This document shows positions 43,683 through 56,270 of a DNA stretch of 64,000 nt, in pieces. Source of the stretch: Octopus vulgaris (taxonomy: Eukaryota); NCBI GenBank assembly GCA_951406725.2, contig OX597831.1, positions 31,186,001-31,250,000 on the forward strand, written 5' to 3'. Position 1 is the stretch's first letter; each line of letters opens with the position of its first letter. A program made the position numbers and the translations under genes. The notes beneath the pieces are model-generated. The model saw only the letters and a list, made by a program, of their open reading frames with translations. It searched no databases and was not told the origin of the DNA.

Positions 43683-44270
43683 GGGCACAAGCATGGCTGT
43701 GTGGCAAAGAAGCTCGCTTAGCAGCCATATGCTTTCGGGTTCGTTTCTACTGCACGGCATCTTGGGCAATTGTTTTCAACTATAGCCCCGGACCGACTAA
43801 TGCTTTGGGGATGAATTTGATACACACACAAAACAGATTTATGCTCAATTTCCTCAAACTAAATTCAGATAAAGGCATTACTTGGCCCAGGAGTGGCGAT
43901 TGTAAGACATACTTGCCCAAGATGTCACTTAGCGGGGATAAATCTGAGATCTAGTGGTTCCGAAGCGGTCTTCTTCACCACACAGCTATGCCTGTGTCTA
44001 TATATTTTATCCTTCGGTCACTGGACTGTGGCCATCCTCGAGCACTGCTCTAAAATGTTTTGTTGGACAAATCGACCCCACGACTTATTTTTGCCTTAAT
44101 CCTGGTACTTATACCATCATCTATCTTTCGCTGAACGGCTCAATTACGTTGCAAACACACACGGCTATGGTGTGCTCGCGGCTAAAGATGAGACTTGCCT
44201 AAGGTGCTACGCCGTGGTACGGAAACATGTTGTTCAGGAAGAGAGAACTTCTTACCACACAGTCTCGCAT
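43683..44270. mobile_element. Decayed family A SINE fragments in both orientations
   Basis: Plus-strand head at 43683-43825; minus-strand heads and tail at ~43900-44270. Confidence 0.6.
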
Positions 44271-44876
44271 TCTTTTTCATTTTTCCTGCCTAAAAATCTA
44301 TAAATATATTTAAGAAGTTATATTCATTTGTATACAGTTACGCTGTAAAATTAGCCCCATGAGAGTATTTTCTGCTGCTTAAGATAAAGACGAAACTGAC
44401 CGGATTCATTGCTTTTAAAGCTCATTGCTGCTTATTTGCTGCCTCCTTCGACGATTCCGAGATAAAGTAACAGTATGTTGTTTCTTAAGATACTAAGAAA
44501 ATTGTGTCAGGCACAAGTCATTTGCATAATGGTAAACAGCTCGACGAAAGAAACGTGCATGTCTAATTGCAGAACGTCATTAAATACATATGATTCTTTT
44601 TATTTACGTATTTATTTATAACCGACGTTATTATATTGCTCTGGTAATTATAAATCTAAACGTAAGTTTGTTTTATCATATCATATGAAATACAGAAGCA
44701 CGAAAAAGAAAAAAAAACTAACTGGAAATAAATACAGTTCTATTTTTTAAGAGATGAGGAATTATGTACATTATTTACATATGTCCACGAGCATATGGCG
44801 TAGTGGTTAAGAGCGCGGATTACTAACCCCAAGATTCCGAGTTCGATTCCAAGCAGTGACCTGAACAATAATAATG

Positions 44877-44919
<43 letters not shown>

Positions 44920-44974
44920 CAACAACATCGGAGAATACCTTAGGAATGATAACCCAGGTTCGAAATTTCCCCAA

Positions 44975-45020
44975 GACACCTGATGACGGCTGGAGGGTAT
45001 AACAGCCGAAACGTTGTGTT
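44975..45020 (+). ncRNA. Minimal type I hammerhead ribozyme (Penelope-type)
   Basis: GACAC CTGATGA C GGCTG[GAGGGTATAA]CAGCC GAAAC GTT GTGTT. Confidence 0.8.
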
Positions 45021-45235
45021 AACAACAAACAAGATGGGGACAAATATCCGTCGAATGTAACTAATGGAAATAAATACCTGTTCACTAACTAATTAAGACT
45101 TTGATTCTTTCAGCAAGTAAAAGGGGGACAAACTGAGGATATATTTCAGGTTTATCTGACCCCGCTGGCAAAATTTACTCTCCACTCTATTTGTTAAAGT
45201 AATAATGAGAGAATCAATATTTAGATGTAGATTAT

Positions 45236-45592
45236 AGGTGCATGACAAGCTGTGTATTTAAGAAGCTCACTTTGCACCTACGTGGTGTCGGGTTCAGTTC
45301 CACTGTGTGGCACCTTAGACAAGTGATTTCTACTATGGCTCCCGGTCGACCAATGCCTTATGAGAGAATTGGATAGATAGAAACTGTATAGAAGCCCATC
45401 GTATTTACATATACAAGTGTATGTGTTTGTACTTGTATTTGCTCTTCCACCGCTTAACAAGTGGTGTTAGTTTGTTTACGTCCTCGTAACTTAGCAGTTT
45501 GGCAAAAGAGGGTGATGCGATAAGTAGCGGGCTTTAAAAATAAATAAATATTGCGGTCAATTTATTCGACTAAGCCCTTCAAGTCAGTACCT
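45236..45592 (+). mobile_element. Decayed family A SINE
   Basis: GGGTTCAGTTCCACTGTGTGGCACCTT..GAAGCCCATCGTAT..GTAACTTAGCAGTT. Confidence 0.75.
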
Positions 45593-45654
45593 TGTGTGTG
45601 TGTATTTAAAAATCAAATCTTTTAAATTTCAGTTGAGGAGTTATAACTGAAATC

Positions 45655-45964
45655 ACTGTGATCAACGTGACTGACCAGGCTATCATATGTTGCTACACAT
45701 CGCTGGTCACAATGCGCTTCGCATTGTTTTAGCCTTCAAATGACGCCACCCCGCTGGCTAAGCGAGCGGGTCAACAGAAGAAAGAGTGAGAGAAAGTTGT
45801 GGTGAAAGAGTACTGCAGGGATCGCGACCACCCCCTACCGGAGCCTCGTGGAATTGTATGTGTTTTCGCTCAATAAACACTCACAACGCCCGGTCTGGGA
45901 ATCGAAACCGCGATCGTACAACCGCGAGTCCGCTGCCCTAACCACTGGGCCATTGCGCCTCCAC
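45655..45964 (-). mobile_element. Family B SINE head with an alternative 3' tail
   Basis: ~45780-45964 matches 13960-14146; the rest differs. Confidence 0.85.
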
Positions 45965-48134
45965 ACTTTATAGCTGAAATATTACCCTCTATTTCTCCCT
46001 CAAGGTACATATCTTTCGTTTATATATTTCCTGCCAACAAATTATCTGACTCTGGAGACTAATTACAAAATAATTACAAATTATTAGGCGAAAAAAAACG
46101 ACTAAAACTCAGCTGCTACCAGATACTGCTTTCATAAATATATTCAAGAAATGATAGAAAGAAACCCTACCTCGTCTACAGATTTTGATTTCTTCATTTA
46201 TTCATGGTGGTTAGTTACTTAAATGCATTCTTTATGCAACGATTATGCATAATGCATAAGTATTGCAAAAGAATCAAGAAAAGCAAACAACAAGAAAAAT
46301 AGAGTTTTTCGGTTTTTTTTTTATTTTATTTTTTCGTAATGCAATATCGTCTGCTGTAGCTGTCAGAGCGAGACATTCAAATGAATGCTTGTCGACCAAT
46401 GAACACGTGACTCTTTCGTTACTTTTGTACGCAATTAACGCAAAAGTTTTAGCGGGGAGAATTTCTCATCGCTCTACGCGTCCTGTTTTAGCATCGGCAG
46501 ATTAACAAACACATGCCATGATGATTTGGTAACATCTGCTGATATTTTCAGGTCAAACGCTAAATCTTATGAGATTAAATTTGATTGGTCACGTGTATTA
46601 GAATTCAGACGAGATGCGATCATTCCCCTCCACCACCATTTCTATTTTCCCCTTTTTGGTTTTGATTTATATAATCGTTTATTTTCTATTGGATATTGAT
46701 TTCTAGCCTTTGCACAAACCGTATGTTTTAGCAAAGAGCTATGCTCGCTTAAATACTTTACAGTAGTTGAGTGCTAGTTATTTTCTTTACGCCGGAAAGG
46801 CAAATTACCCTAAGGTGAGATTTCTTAGAATTGAAATGAATGGAACGAAATCTAACGTAGCATTAAGTGTGGTACTTTACCCTTTCTGCCGCTCCTTGGT
46901 CCACTGGTTTATAGCATGGATCATGCACACACCGCCCTTAGATCGAATCCAAAAAAATGCCATATAACCGGTTAGAAAATGGTTTCTCGGATCTGGTCCA
47001 CTGAAGTATTGTTCTTTCATTTTGCCTATTCTGTGAAGGCGCTTGGACTCATGGTTAGGATGTTAGGCTTGCGATCATTCGATCATAAGTTCGATTCCTG
47101 GACTGGATGGTGATTTTGCGTTTCACATTAATCTATTCTGCACAGTTAAAAAAATGGTATTAGCAGCATTTGGGAGGTAATTTCGAGACGGACTGACGTG
47201 CCGTTCAGAAAATGGGGTAAGTACCTTCTCAGTTGTTTATATGCCAGAAAAATCGAGATAATCCTCGGTTAATGAACTTTTAGTTTCGAGTTAGATCTAT
47301 TTACCTATTCTGCTTGTGGAATACTTAGCTATAAGCCTCTCCAATCTAGATTAACGAAATGCACTTCTTGTCCATGTTGTGTCAACTTAGGATTTTCTCC
47401 AACGTTTTTTTCTCTTGAAAAAGCTCTGAAAATTTCTAACCATTACCATTTTGAAAGAAAACTTGAACTAACAAGTTTTCAAAACCGAACGTAAAACATA
47501 TCAATGCTACCATGAAAAATGGCCGCTAATTTTAGGTAGGTTTACTCGACTAAATCTACCCAGAGCTTCACTGATACAAATTATATAACGAATCGATGTA
47601 ATTCGAACTCAGAACGAAATAAATACTAATGAATTCATGTGGAATCGAAACCGGGTAAATGATACGACCTGACTGCAGTTTACGTCACTGCCACTTACTA
47701 CTGGGATAGGAATACGACTGAGCTGTATCAGTAAGATATACTGGTTTCAGAAATATGACTAAATTGCTAGATTCACTATGGGAAGAAAAACTTGACTGAG
47801 CTGCATTCAGATAGGAAATTCAAGGCAGATACTCTGTAAAGTACGTGCTATGGTAAAAGAAAAGAAGCTGTAATCACTGAGTTCGTCAGAAAGCTGAGTA
47901 GCTGCTTGCTTCAGTTAAAGAAATAGGATATCCAATGTAAGCACTCGAACAAAATATTTAGCCACTCATCAAACTAGGTAATTACTTGCTTGAAAATTGA
48001 CGTAATTAAATTATTCAGTGAAGAAATGTATACAGTATGCTATTTAACTTACTTAAAAAGACGTTCAAATACAGTGAAAAAAGTTCAGTTTGATTACACT
48101 GTTACAGTATACATCTATATACATTAAAAAAAAA

Positions 48135-48385
48135 TAATAAATGCGCCCTTTTAAAGCGTAGTCAGGCTCATGGGCCCGGTTACCCGGTTCCTATGGCACA
48201 TGTGCTCCCCAGCGGGACGCCAGTCCATCGCAGCGTTACTCATTTTTGCCAGCTGAATGGACTGGAGCAACGTGAAATGAAGTTTTTTGCTCAAGAACAT
48301 AACGCGTCGCCCGATCCAGGAATCGAAATCACAATCTTACGATCATGATGCTGACACCCTAACCACTAAGCCACGCGTCTCCACC
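48135..48385 (-). mobile_element. tRNA-derived SINE (third tail type)
   Basis: Head GGAGACGCGTGGCTTAGTGGTTAGGG..TTCGATTCC; TTCTTGAGCAA body; T-rich end. Confidence 0.8.
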
Positions 48386-48724
48386 CATCTATATACATAT
48401 CAATCAATAAATCTATCATCTATCTAGCTAGCTAGCTGTCTGCCTGTATCTATCCATTATAGAAAAAATTTCCGATTGCTGTAATAATCTTTATAAACAA
48501 TTTTGTTGCCCATAGATACGTGAAACGGACATAAAGATAAAGATATATACATAGAGGGATATATAGAAACATACAGACACAGTACATACATACGTACATA
48601 CACTATACATACATACATACATACATACATACATACATACATACATACATACATACATACATACATACATACATACATACATACATACATACATACATAC
48701 ATACATACATACATACATACATGC

Positions 48725-49227
48725 GTGCATGTCCAATGGATGTTAACAGCGGAAATCAGGTGTCCAGCGGATGTTAATAAGGTTAAAGATCAGCGAAAAA
48801 GAAAACACTGCTAAACTTTTAAGAAAGTTCAGATTTACACCTGTAATTATTGGGGCTCTGGGCTATGTAACACAATGCCTAAGTACCAATCTTGAGGAAA
48901 TGGGATTCTCAAAACCAGGAAGGAGAAAGCCGATTCAAAGGCTTACAGATCGAAGCCATTACTGGAACTGTAAAAATTTGTAGAACTTTCCAGAAGTTTA
49001 TCATGTAAGCATATATGCGCATGTCTATGCATGCAACTATATGCGTGAGAATACATGAGTACATAAAAAAATCTGCACATGCACTGACTCCAAATACTGC
49101 ACATGTACACACATACGAAAATACCTTGTTGATGTTCTTGACATTCCAGTGCGGGAGCCTTGGACCTAGGATAGAAAGGGACTTCTTCTCTATTGGCAAG
49201 AAATGTACAAATAGAACTGAATAATAA
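48725..49227 (+). mobile_element. 3' fragment of an RLE non-LTR (R4-like) element in (ACAT)n
   Basis: EIRCPADVN..KISEKEN..FTPVIIGALG..AITGTVKICRTFQKFIM*, then a UTR; (ACAT)n on both sides. Confidence 0.75.
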
Positions 49228-49542
49228 CATACATACATACATACATACATACATACATACATACATACATACATACATACATACATACATACATACATAA
49301 CATACGTACGTACGTACGTACGTAGCGAGAGAAACAGAGAGGAACTTTATGAAGTAAATATATAGAGCAATTGAATTTATCCCATTATCTAAATGGATGC
49401 CTTTAAAATTGGTTCTTGACATAATTGAAAAGTCAAATGTGGTTACACTGCTAAGAAAATGAAAGTAGTTGCATCATTCATCAAAGTCCTCATTCTTCCT
49501 TTCTCTGTCTCTCTCTCATCTCTCTCTCTCTCTCTCTCTCTC

Positions 49543-49642
<100 letters not shown>

Positions 49643-51084
49643 GTGCATATATATATTATATAATATGTCCCTTTATATAATTATTTCTGTATGTATATAT
49701 AAATGCAGATAAGTATGTATATTTATATATATATTTATTCATTCATGTATATATGTATATGTATATTAATATATACATACATACACACACGCGCATATAT
49801 ACATACATATATATATGTGCATGCATATATATATGTATGTGTACTTACACCTGCCTCTCCTTTTATCTTTCTGTAAGTGCTCATTTCTCTTTAAAATCTA
49901 AATTCTATTATCTTCATCTGACAATAAACACTTGTAGACCCCAGGTTTATTCTCAACTCACTTCATGATTTATTGGAGTTCTGTTATCATTCCAGATCTT
50001 TGCCTTTTCTTTGCTGGAAGTTTTCCGTTCTAACAATCGTAACAAACCAAATCATTAGCACGCTGAAATACTAGCTTTTGTTTTTCTGTACTTACTGACT
50101 CCCCATCCACATGGCTAAGGGTTCAGGGCTTCATATACATCCAATTTGTTGAATCTTCAGGATCGGTGGTTCTCGAGTTCACTCCTGACAGGTAGCTGAA
50201 TACTTTAGCATCCATTTTTTCGCAGGCACTCAAAAATGCATTCAGATTTAAGCTCATAGTACCCCTTCTAGTCTGGTTTCCAATCTTTTCGTTCCATTTT
50301 CATGCTCTCTTTGAGATCAACAAATCCCATGGGTCTGGCTATCTCTTTCGACCGGAGGTTAAATTTCTTAGGTTCCGCCTCTTCGCAGGTACCAAAAGTT
50401 TATGCTCCGAGCTGTCCTTTTTCTAATGTCATTGTCTTTCCTGGCTACCGATCTCAACCGTCCTGCCAAGTTATATTGCCGGTGTAGTTGTGGACACAGT
50501 AGCGCTTTGTAGAGAAATGCTTTAACAAAAACTAATGGTTCTCATTCCCAATAGTCTTATAGTAAGCGTGAGACTAACCTGGAATTTCTAAGTTCCTGCG
50601 TTATTGCTCCATATTCGTTGATCCTGTGTTAGCCTAATCTGTACTTATAACAGGTATTATTTTGTTTCGTTTTTCCTGCGGGGTTCCTAGCAAACCTTCT
50701 CATCAGGTATACCTGGTCAGAAACTCTGTTTAGTGGCCTGTGAGCATGGTAGGATATTCTACTGGTCTAAATGTTGTTAGTAACACTCGTGACTGACCAG
50801 ACATATTTCGTATTGTACACACTACAAAAAGTTCCAACGATATAGTAAGTCAAAAAAGTTCACTAAAAAAAACCCTTCGACAATCACATAATGTGAGATC
50901 CGCCTTTAAATATCTCAGGGATAATATGGTTATATTCATTTTTAATCGTATCGATAAATCTATCGTAATATCTCGATAAGGTATTTATTGTTGCTATCTT
51001 TCGTTTTGCTAAAGGTTTTTGTTCAATACCAAAACACTAGGACGTAAAAGATGAACAAGCAATAGAGAATAGAAATTTATTGTG

Positions 51085-51645
<561 letters not shown>

Positions 51646-51948
51646 ATAGATGTATGATGTAACTGTAATCAGAATGAACATTTCTCACTGTATCTCATAT
51701 TTCCCACGAAAGAGGAAACTTTCACCGTAATATATTTACTATGAGTTCTACCACCGTTCTCTTCATTAGGGTATCAAATTGTGTATATGCCGAAGTCACT
51801 ACTCTCATAAATCAATCAGGTCAATTGTCTGTATGCAGACATTATGGACTAATTATAATTTAGAGTGGCGTAATCGTTCCACAATTAATATGCATTATAT
51901 TCGCTTGAGACTAGCAACAGATGAGGAATCGGGAACCATAATTTTGTT

Positions 51949-52378
51949 GGATCTTTTCGGTTTGAACGGCAGTTTTTAACATAATTTCTAGGTAACTAAA
52001 AGATTTTAAACTTCGTATACTGATAGAATGTGTTTATAAAACATCTTTTTCTCTTGGCTTTATTGAGAAAATTCTATGGTTTGTAAGATATTTGTTGTTG
52101 TTTTTTCTTCAATTTCTGCAATTTCAACCAATCACTGACGTCTATTGAGGTATAAAACATTCTGTGCCGTATGAATATGTCCCTCGTTTAAGCAACATAT
52201 TGGGTTTATTTACATTTGTGAAGAAAAAAAGATGCCCTTCCCCCCACCCCTAACCCTAACTAACCCCTAACCCTAAAACAGATTGAAATGCAATAGATCG
52301 ATACTAGGGTCATAATTATGGGTGACAATTTCATATGACACCGCTAGAAAAAAACTGCCGTTCAAACCGAAAAGATCA
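51949..52378. mobile_element. Merlin-like MITE containing telomere-like (CCCTAA)n
   Basis: 28-bp TIR GATCTTTTCGGTTTGAACGGCAGTTTTT, left end starting GG; near-perfect 8-bp TSD (A/G)TTTTGTT; CCCTAA units at ~52247-52276. Confidence 0.8.
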
Positions 52379-53825
52379 GTTTTGTTCTGTAAGATCTTTG
52401 CCGCCGATTATTTCATTAAATATCGTATTGAGGGACGTTAGTTATCTAGTGATATAACTATATGAAATAAACGTCCACGTTTATTTATATTACATTATAA
52501 TTAGACATAGGTTATAATCTATAGAGAAACATTTTTTTTAATATTCTAATTTACTATTACAAAATCGTAATTGTCACAGGTTTATTTTTAATTCATATTC
52601 GATTTTGTAGTCTTTCAGATTAAAATGAATTCCCAATCTCAGAATGTCTCACTCCCGTTTCTCTATTTACTCGTTTCATTGCAAGAAAAATTCTTATCTC
52701 TCCATGATATACTGATTTCCCAATGCTGATATTATTTCTCCTCGTTTGCAGATATTTGATTCTTGTTTAGTTTCCAATCTATCTTTACTGCTTTATGAAC
52801 GATTGCAATTCCCAAGCATATTAATTTTACGCTTGTTTACCAAAGATTAGAGTGGGTAGGTGATTTTCTTTTTTTTATTGTTGATTTTTGTAATAACTAT
52901 AGGAATAAATTAGTTTTCTCTCTCTCTCTTCTCTTTCTCTCTTTCCCTCTTTCTCTCTCTCTTTTACCCTCAAGGGAAGACTTCAAATTTTAAGAGAAGA
53001 GATATTTTATTGGCCTAAGTGTGATTTATTCCTGACAACATTAAGTTTCGAACGAAGAATATTCCCGAAGAAATCAACCGGAAATTGAAACTTTCTAAGA
53101 CTTGAAGCCGATTATAGTCAATAAATATTTCCATTTTATTTTTTGCTGGTTTGCTTAATAAATGCCAAACCATCTCGAAGAAACCATTGCCTGTGAGCCA
53201 TTATTAAATGAAATTTAATCAACTTCCTTTTCTTTTTTTATGTTTCTAACATTTGAACTTGTCTAAAGAAAATATATTTACATATTTTCGTTAGATACCG
53301 GAAGTGTCCAATCAGTTCCTATAGATTGATGTATTTCTATTTTTAACATTCCTGACTGATGTATTACCTTCATGTATTGTAGAATTTGTTTTGCGACTGT
53401 ATTTCCGTGGACATAGATTTATGAGTGGAAGCAGATAATACTAGCTTGATGGACTATGGGAGCTACTGAGCGTACAAACGGATCTAAAAACAGGTTCCAA
53501 ACAAAAAAGAAAGACAGAGAAAGGAACAAAAAATTGAGAGTCAAATGGTCGATGAGACGGTATATGAAAGGAAATGATGTGGTTACTAAGGACAAAAGAG
53601 GAGATAAAATGTTGTAAGAGTGAATTATGTTGTGGCTAGTTTTCTTGCATACTTTGAAATGAAGTGCCATGGCTGGTCAAGATCATATTGCTTCGGCAAA
53701 TCAGATGAGTGTTGAGAGTTCGTATCTTGTTACAGGTACTGTTTCGTGTCTTTTTTCAATACATTGGGCATTCTGTAGTCGATTTAAATAGGTTCCTCGA
53801 TGTCACAAAAATTATCACTGTAATT

Positions 53826-54501
53826 GAGGCGCTTAGTAACTGACCGCCGTAAGCGTCACAACTTAAAAACCGCGAAAAACGCAAAGTTTCGCGAATTTCA
53901 GAATGCGATATTTCGGCAAGAAATGACGTTAGGAAACTGGTTTTGGTCTTAAGATGACCGTTAAGACCTCCTCTAATCATTTCACCGATGTAAAATGATT
54001 TGCTTATGTATGCATTTGAAAGATGAAACAATGACTACGTTATTTTCTCATTTTGTAGAATATACCGGTACTATGAAATGATGTATCGCGTTGCATATTT
54101 TAGCCATAATATCTAGAAAAAAACATGCAGAGACACCCACAAAGGTATTGTTTTTGTTTTAGTATCTTTAGGAGGTAATTAAGACTGGATAGTAAGATAA
54201 TTTTCTTTGTTACGATGCTAAATCAGCCATAACACCTCGAAACACGATACAGGGACCACACCAAAGTTATTGATTGAGCGTGTGTGCTTACTATGGTATG
54301 TTACTAAACTCTCTGGTCCGAGTTTGAGTGAGCGAGCGTCGGGGTACAATTTTTTTCAGCCGGATTTTCGACCTTATTGCAAGCCTCTCCGGTTCTTCCT
54401 CCCAACTTTTTCGGATTCTAGACGTAGAGACAAAGAAAATGATATAGTAGCCTCGAATATGGCCGGGGTGGCACTTACGATACTCTGTTACTAAACGCTT
54501 C
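53826..54501. mobile_element. MITE with imperfect ~34-bp TIRs and AATT TSD (Sola-like)
   Basis: GAGGCGCTTAGTAAC..CGTAAGCGTCAC versus GTGGCACTTACG..GTTACTAAACGCTTC; AATT on both sides. Confidence 0.7.
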
Positions 54502-54989
54502 AATTGCCATGAGCTAACGTGAGAACACGTACGTAGTTGCTTGATGAAATTTTATAGTTTTTAAAAGGAAATAACACATTCGATAGTGCTGTCCAAAATA
54601 CAGAAAACGATGGCGTTATCATGACTGGAACGTCTTTGATCATATATCTGCTGAATTAGGACTGACCTAAGGTAAACGACAGCCACAATAATAATGATAA
54701 CAATAACCAGTTAAACTCTGCAATCGATTTGGAAGGCTGACTTCAAGTGTCTACCACTGGAAAAACTGCCGGAGATGACAGAACCTAATCATCTTTAATC
54801 ATTCGGCCATTACTAAAACTTAATTGCATTTTTGTACTTTAAACGGTGACGCTTATTTTGGAATAAACTTTCATTAATATATTCATGTAATAAACCAGTT
54901 TGAAGATTCCATCTGATTTATGCTAATTGTTTTGCTTTCATCGTTTGTTAAATTAAGTTGTTAAATTATAGATGAACCGAACGATTTTA

Positions 54990-56270
54990 AATAATTTTAT
55001 TGAATTTGTTCAAATAGAGAGCAAAATAGCAGGAAATACGCAGAGGATCGAGAAGGCAGTTGGTCAGAGGATCATCAATGAATGTACAACTCGACATTAG
55101 TTTTAAAAGAGTTTCGTAGCACAGTGTTTCGAAGATGAGGAAGGTTAGCGACTAACTCAGGGCCATTATTGAAGAGGACCCAAGTAAAACAACGCAAGAG
55201 TTTGGAGAAGAACTAAATGTTGAACATTTGACAGTTATGTTATATGTGCACCATACTGAATACCGAAAAAAGATTGGCAAATGATGCTACACGGGCTGAA
55301 CGAAAATTTAAAAATCACTCTTAATCAAGACTGGGACCACGGGCCATACGACCCCTGCCCAATTCAAGATCACAACATACATGTACACTGCAACATAATT
55401 TCTTTTCCTCAACAGGCCCTGCCCTATTTAACATTGTCCCGAGGGAGATCAAAGAGGAAAAGGATCCCATCAACTTTAAATGGAGTCTGGATAGATTCCT
55501 TCAAAGAATACCAGATAAGCCACCCATAATTGGATACAACTCACCCAACAAAAACTCACTACTTGAACAAAACTTGATACAACTCACCCAACAAGAACTC
55601 ACTACTTGAACAAAACTTGACTTAAACAAAACTTGCCTTAAACAGGATTCGAATAATCCTATCAGGTGGTGCTATTAAGTTAGACATGGCCTGGACCAAT
55701 CTTTGGTCGAAACATATCTAAGTTTATCTAAGTTTATCTAATGAAAACTTTTCTGCACTTTTGAGCAGCAAAATATCCATTCGTGATCACATTGCGATAT
55801 GTAACAAGATGTATGCTATACGACAACCGATCACCTCTCATGCAGTAACTGAACGAAGAAGTGCCAAAACGGTTTCCAAAACTGAAACAGTATCAAAGCA
55901 AGGGGGTCGTCAGAAGGAACAGTTGATTACTACTTCTTGACATCTTTGCAAAAACCATCGCAGTAGAGAAGTGTTACAAGTAAATTGACTAATTCACCAA
56001 GTATCTCAACGTTTACGTCTAGTACTGGTTAATCGAAAATAAAGAATTCTTCTCTGTGACATTCCTCGACAATATGCTCCACAAATAGCTTTGCAGAAAT
56101 TCATTGGACATTACCACACTCATCTTATTCCCAAGACCTTTACGCAACCGAATATCTCATCTTCAAGCATCTTGGTAATCTTCTGTAAAATAACGTCTTC
56201 GATGCCCATGTAGCAGCTCAAAGCATTTTCAAAGAATGCTCTGGAATAAAAAGTAGATTCTAATTGATAT
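54990..56270 (+). mobile_element. Decayed mariner, interrupted by a LINE fragment
   Basis: HTH-like region (..INECTTRH*F..EDEEG), then remnants of YDNR and LPHSSYSQDL after 55745. Confidence 0.65.
55322..55741 (+). mobile_element. 3' fragment of a CR1/L2-like LINE
   Basis: FFSSTGPALFNIVP..FKWSLDRFLQRIPDKP..GY..NSL C-terminus; 3' tandem tail (ATCTAAGTTT)n; internal ~43-bp tandem duplication. Confidence 0.75.

Noticed and set aside
44788-44862. Functional tRNA gene (also SINE heads elsewhere)
   Set aside because: No complete cloverleaf or T-run terminator; these are tRNA-derived promoters.
46390-46600. CCAAT and CACGTG motif pairs as a promoter
   Set aside because: Short motifs with no associated gene or transcript evidence.
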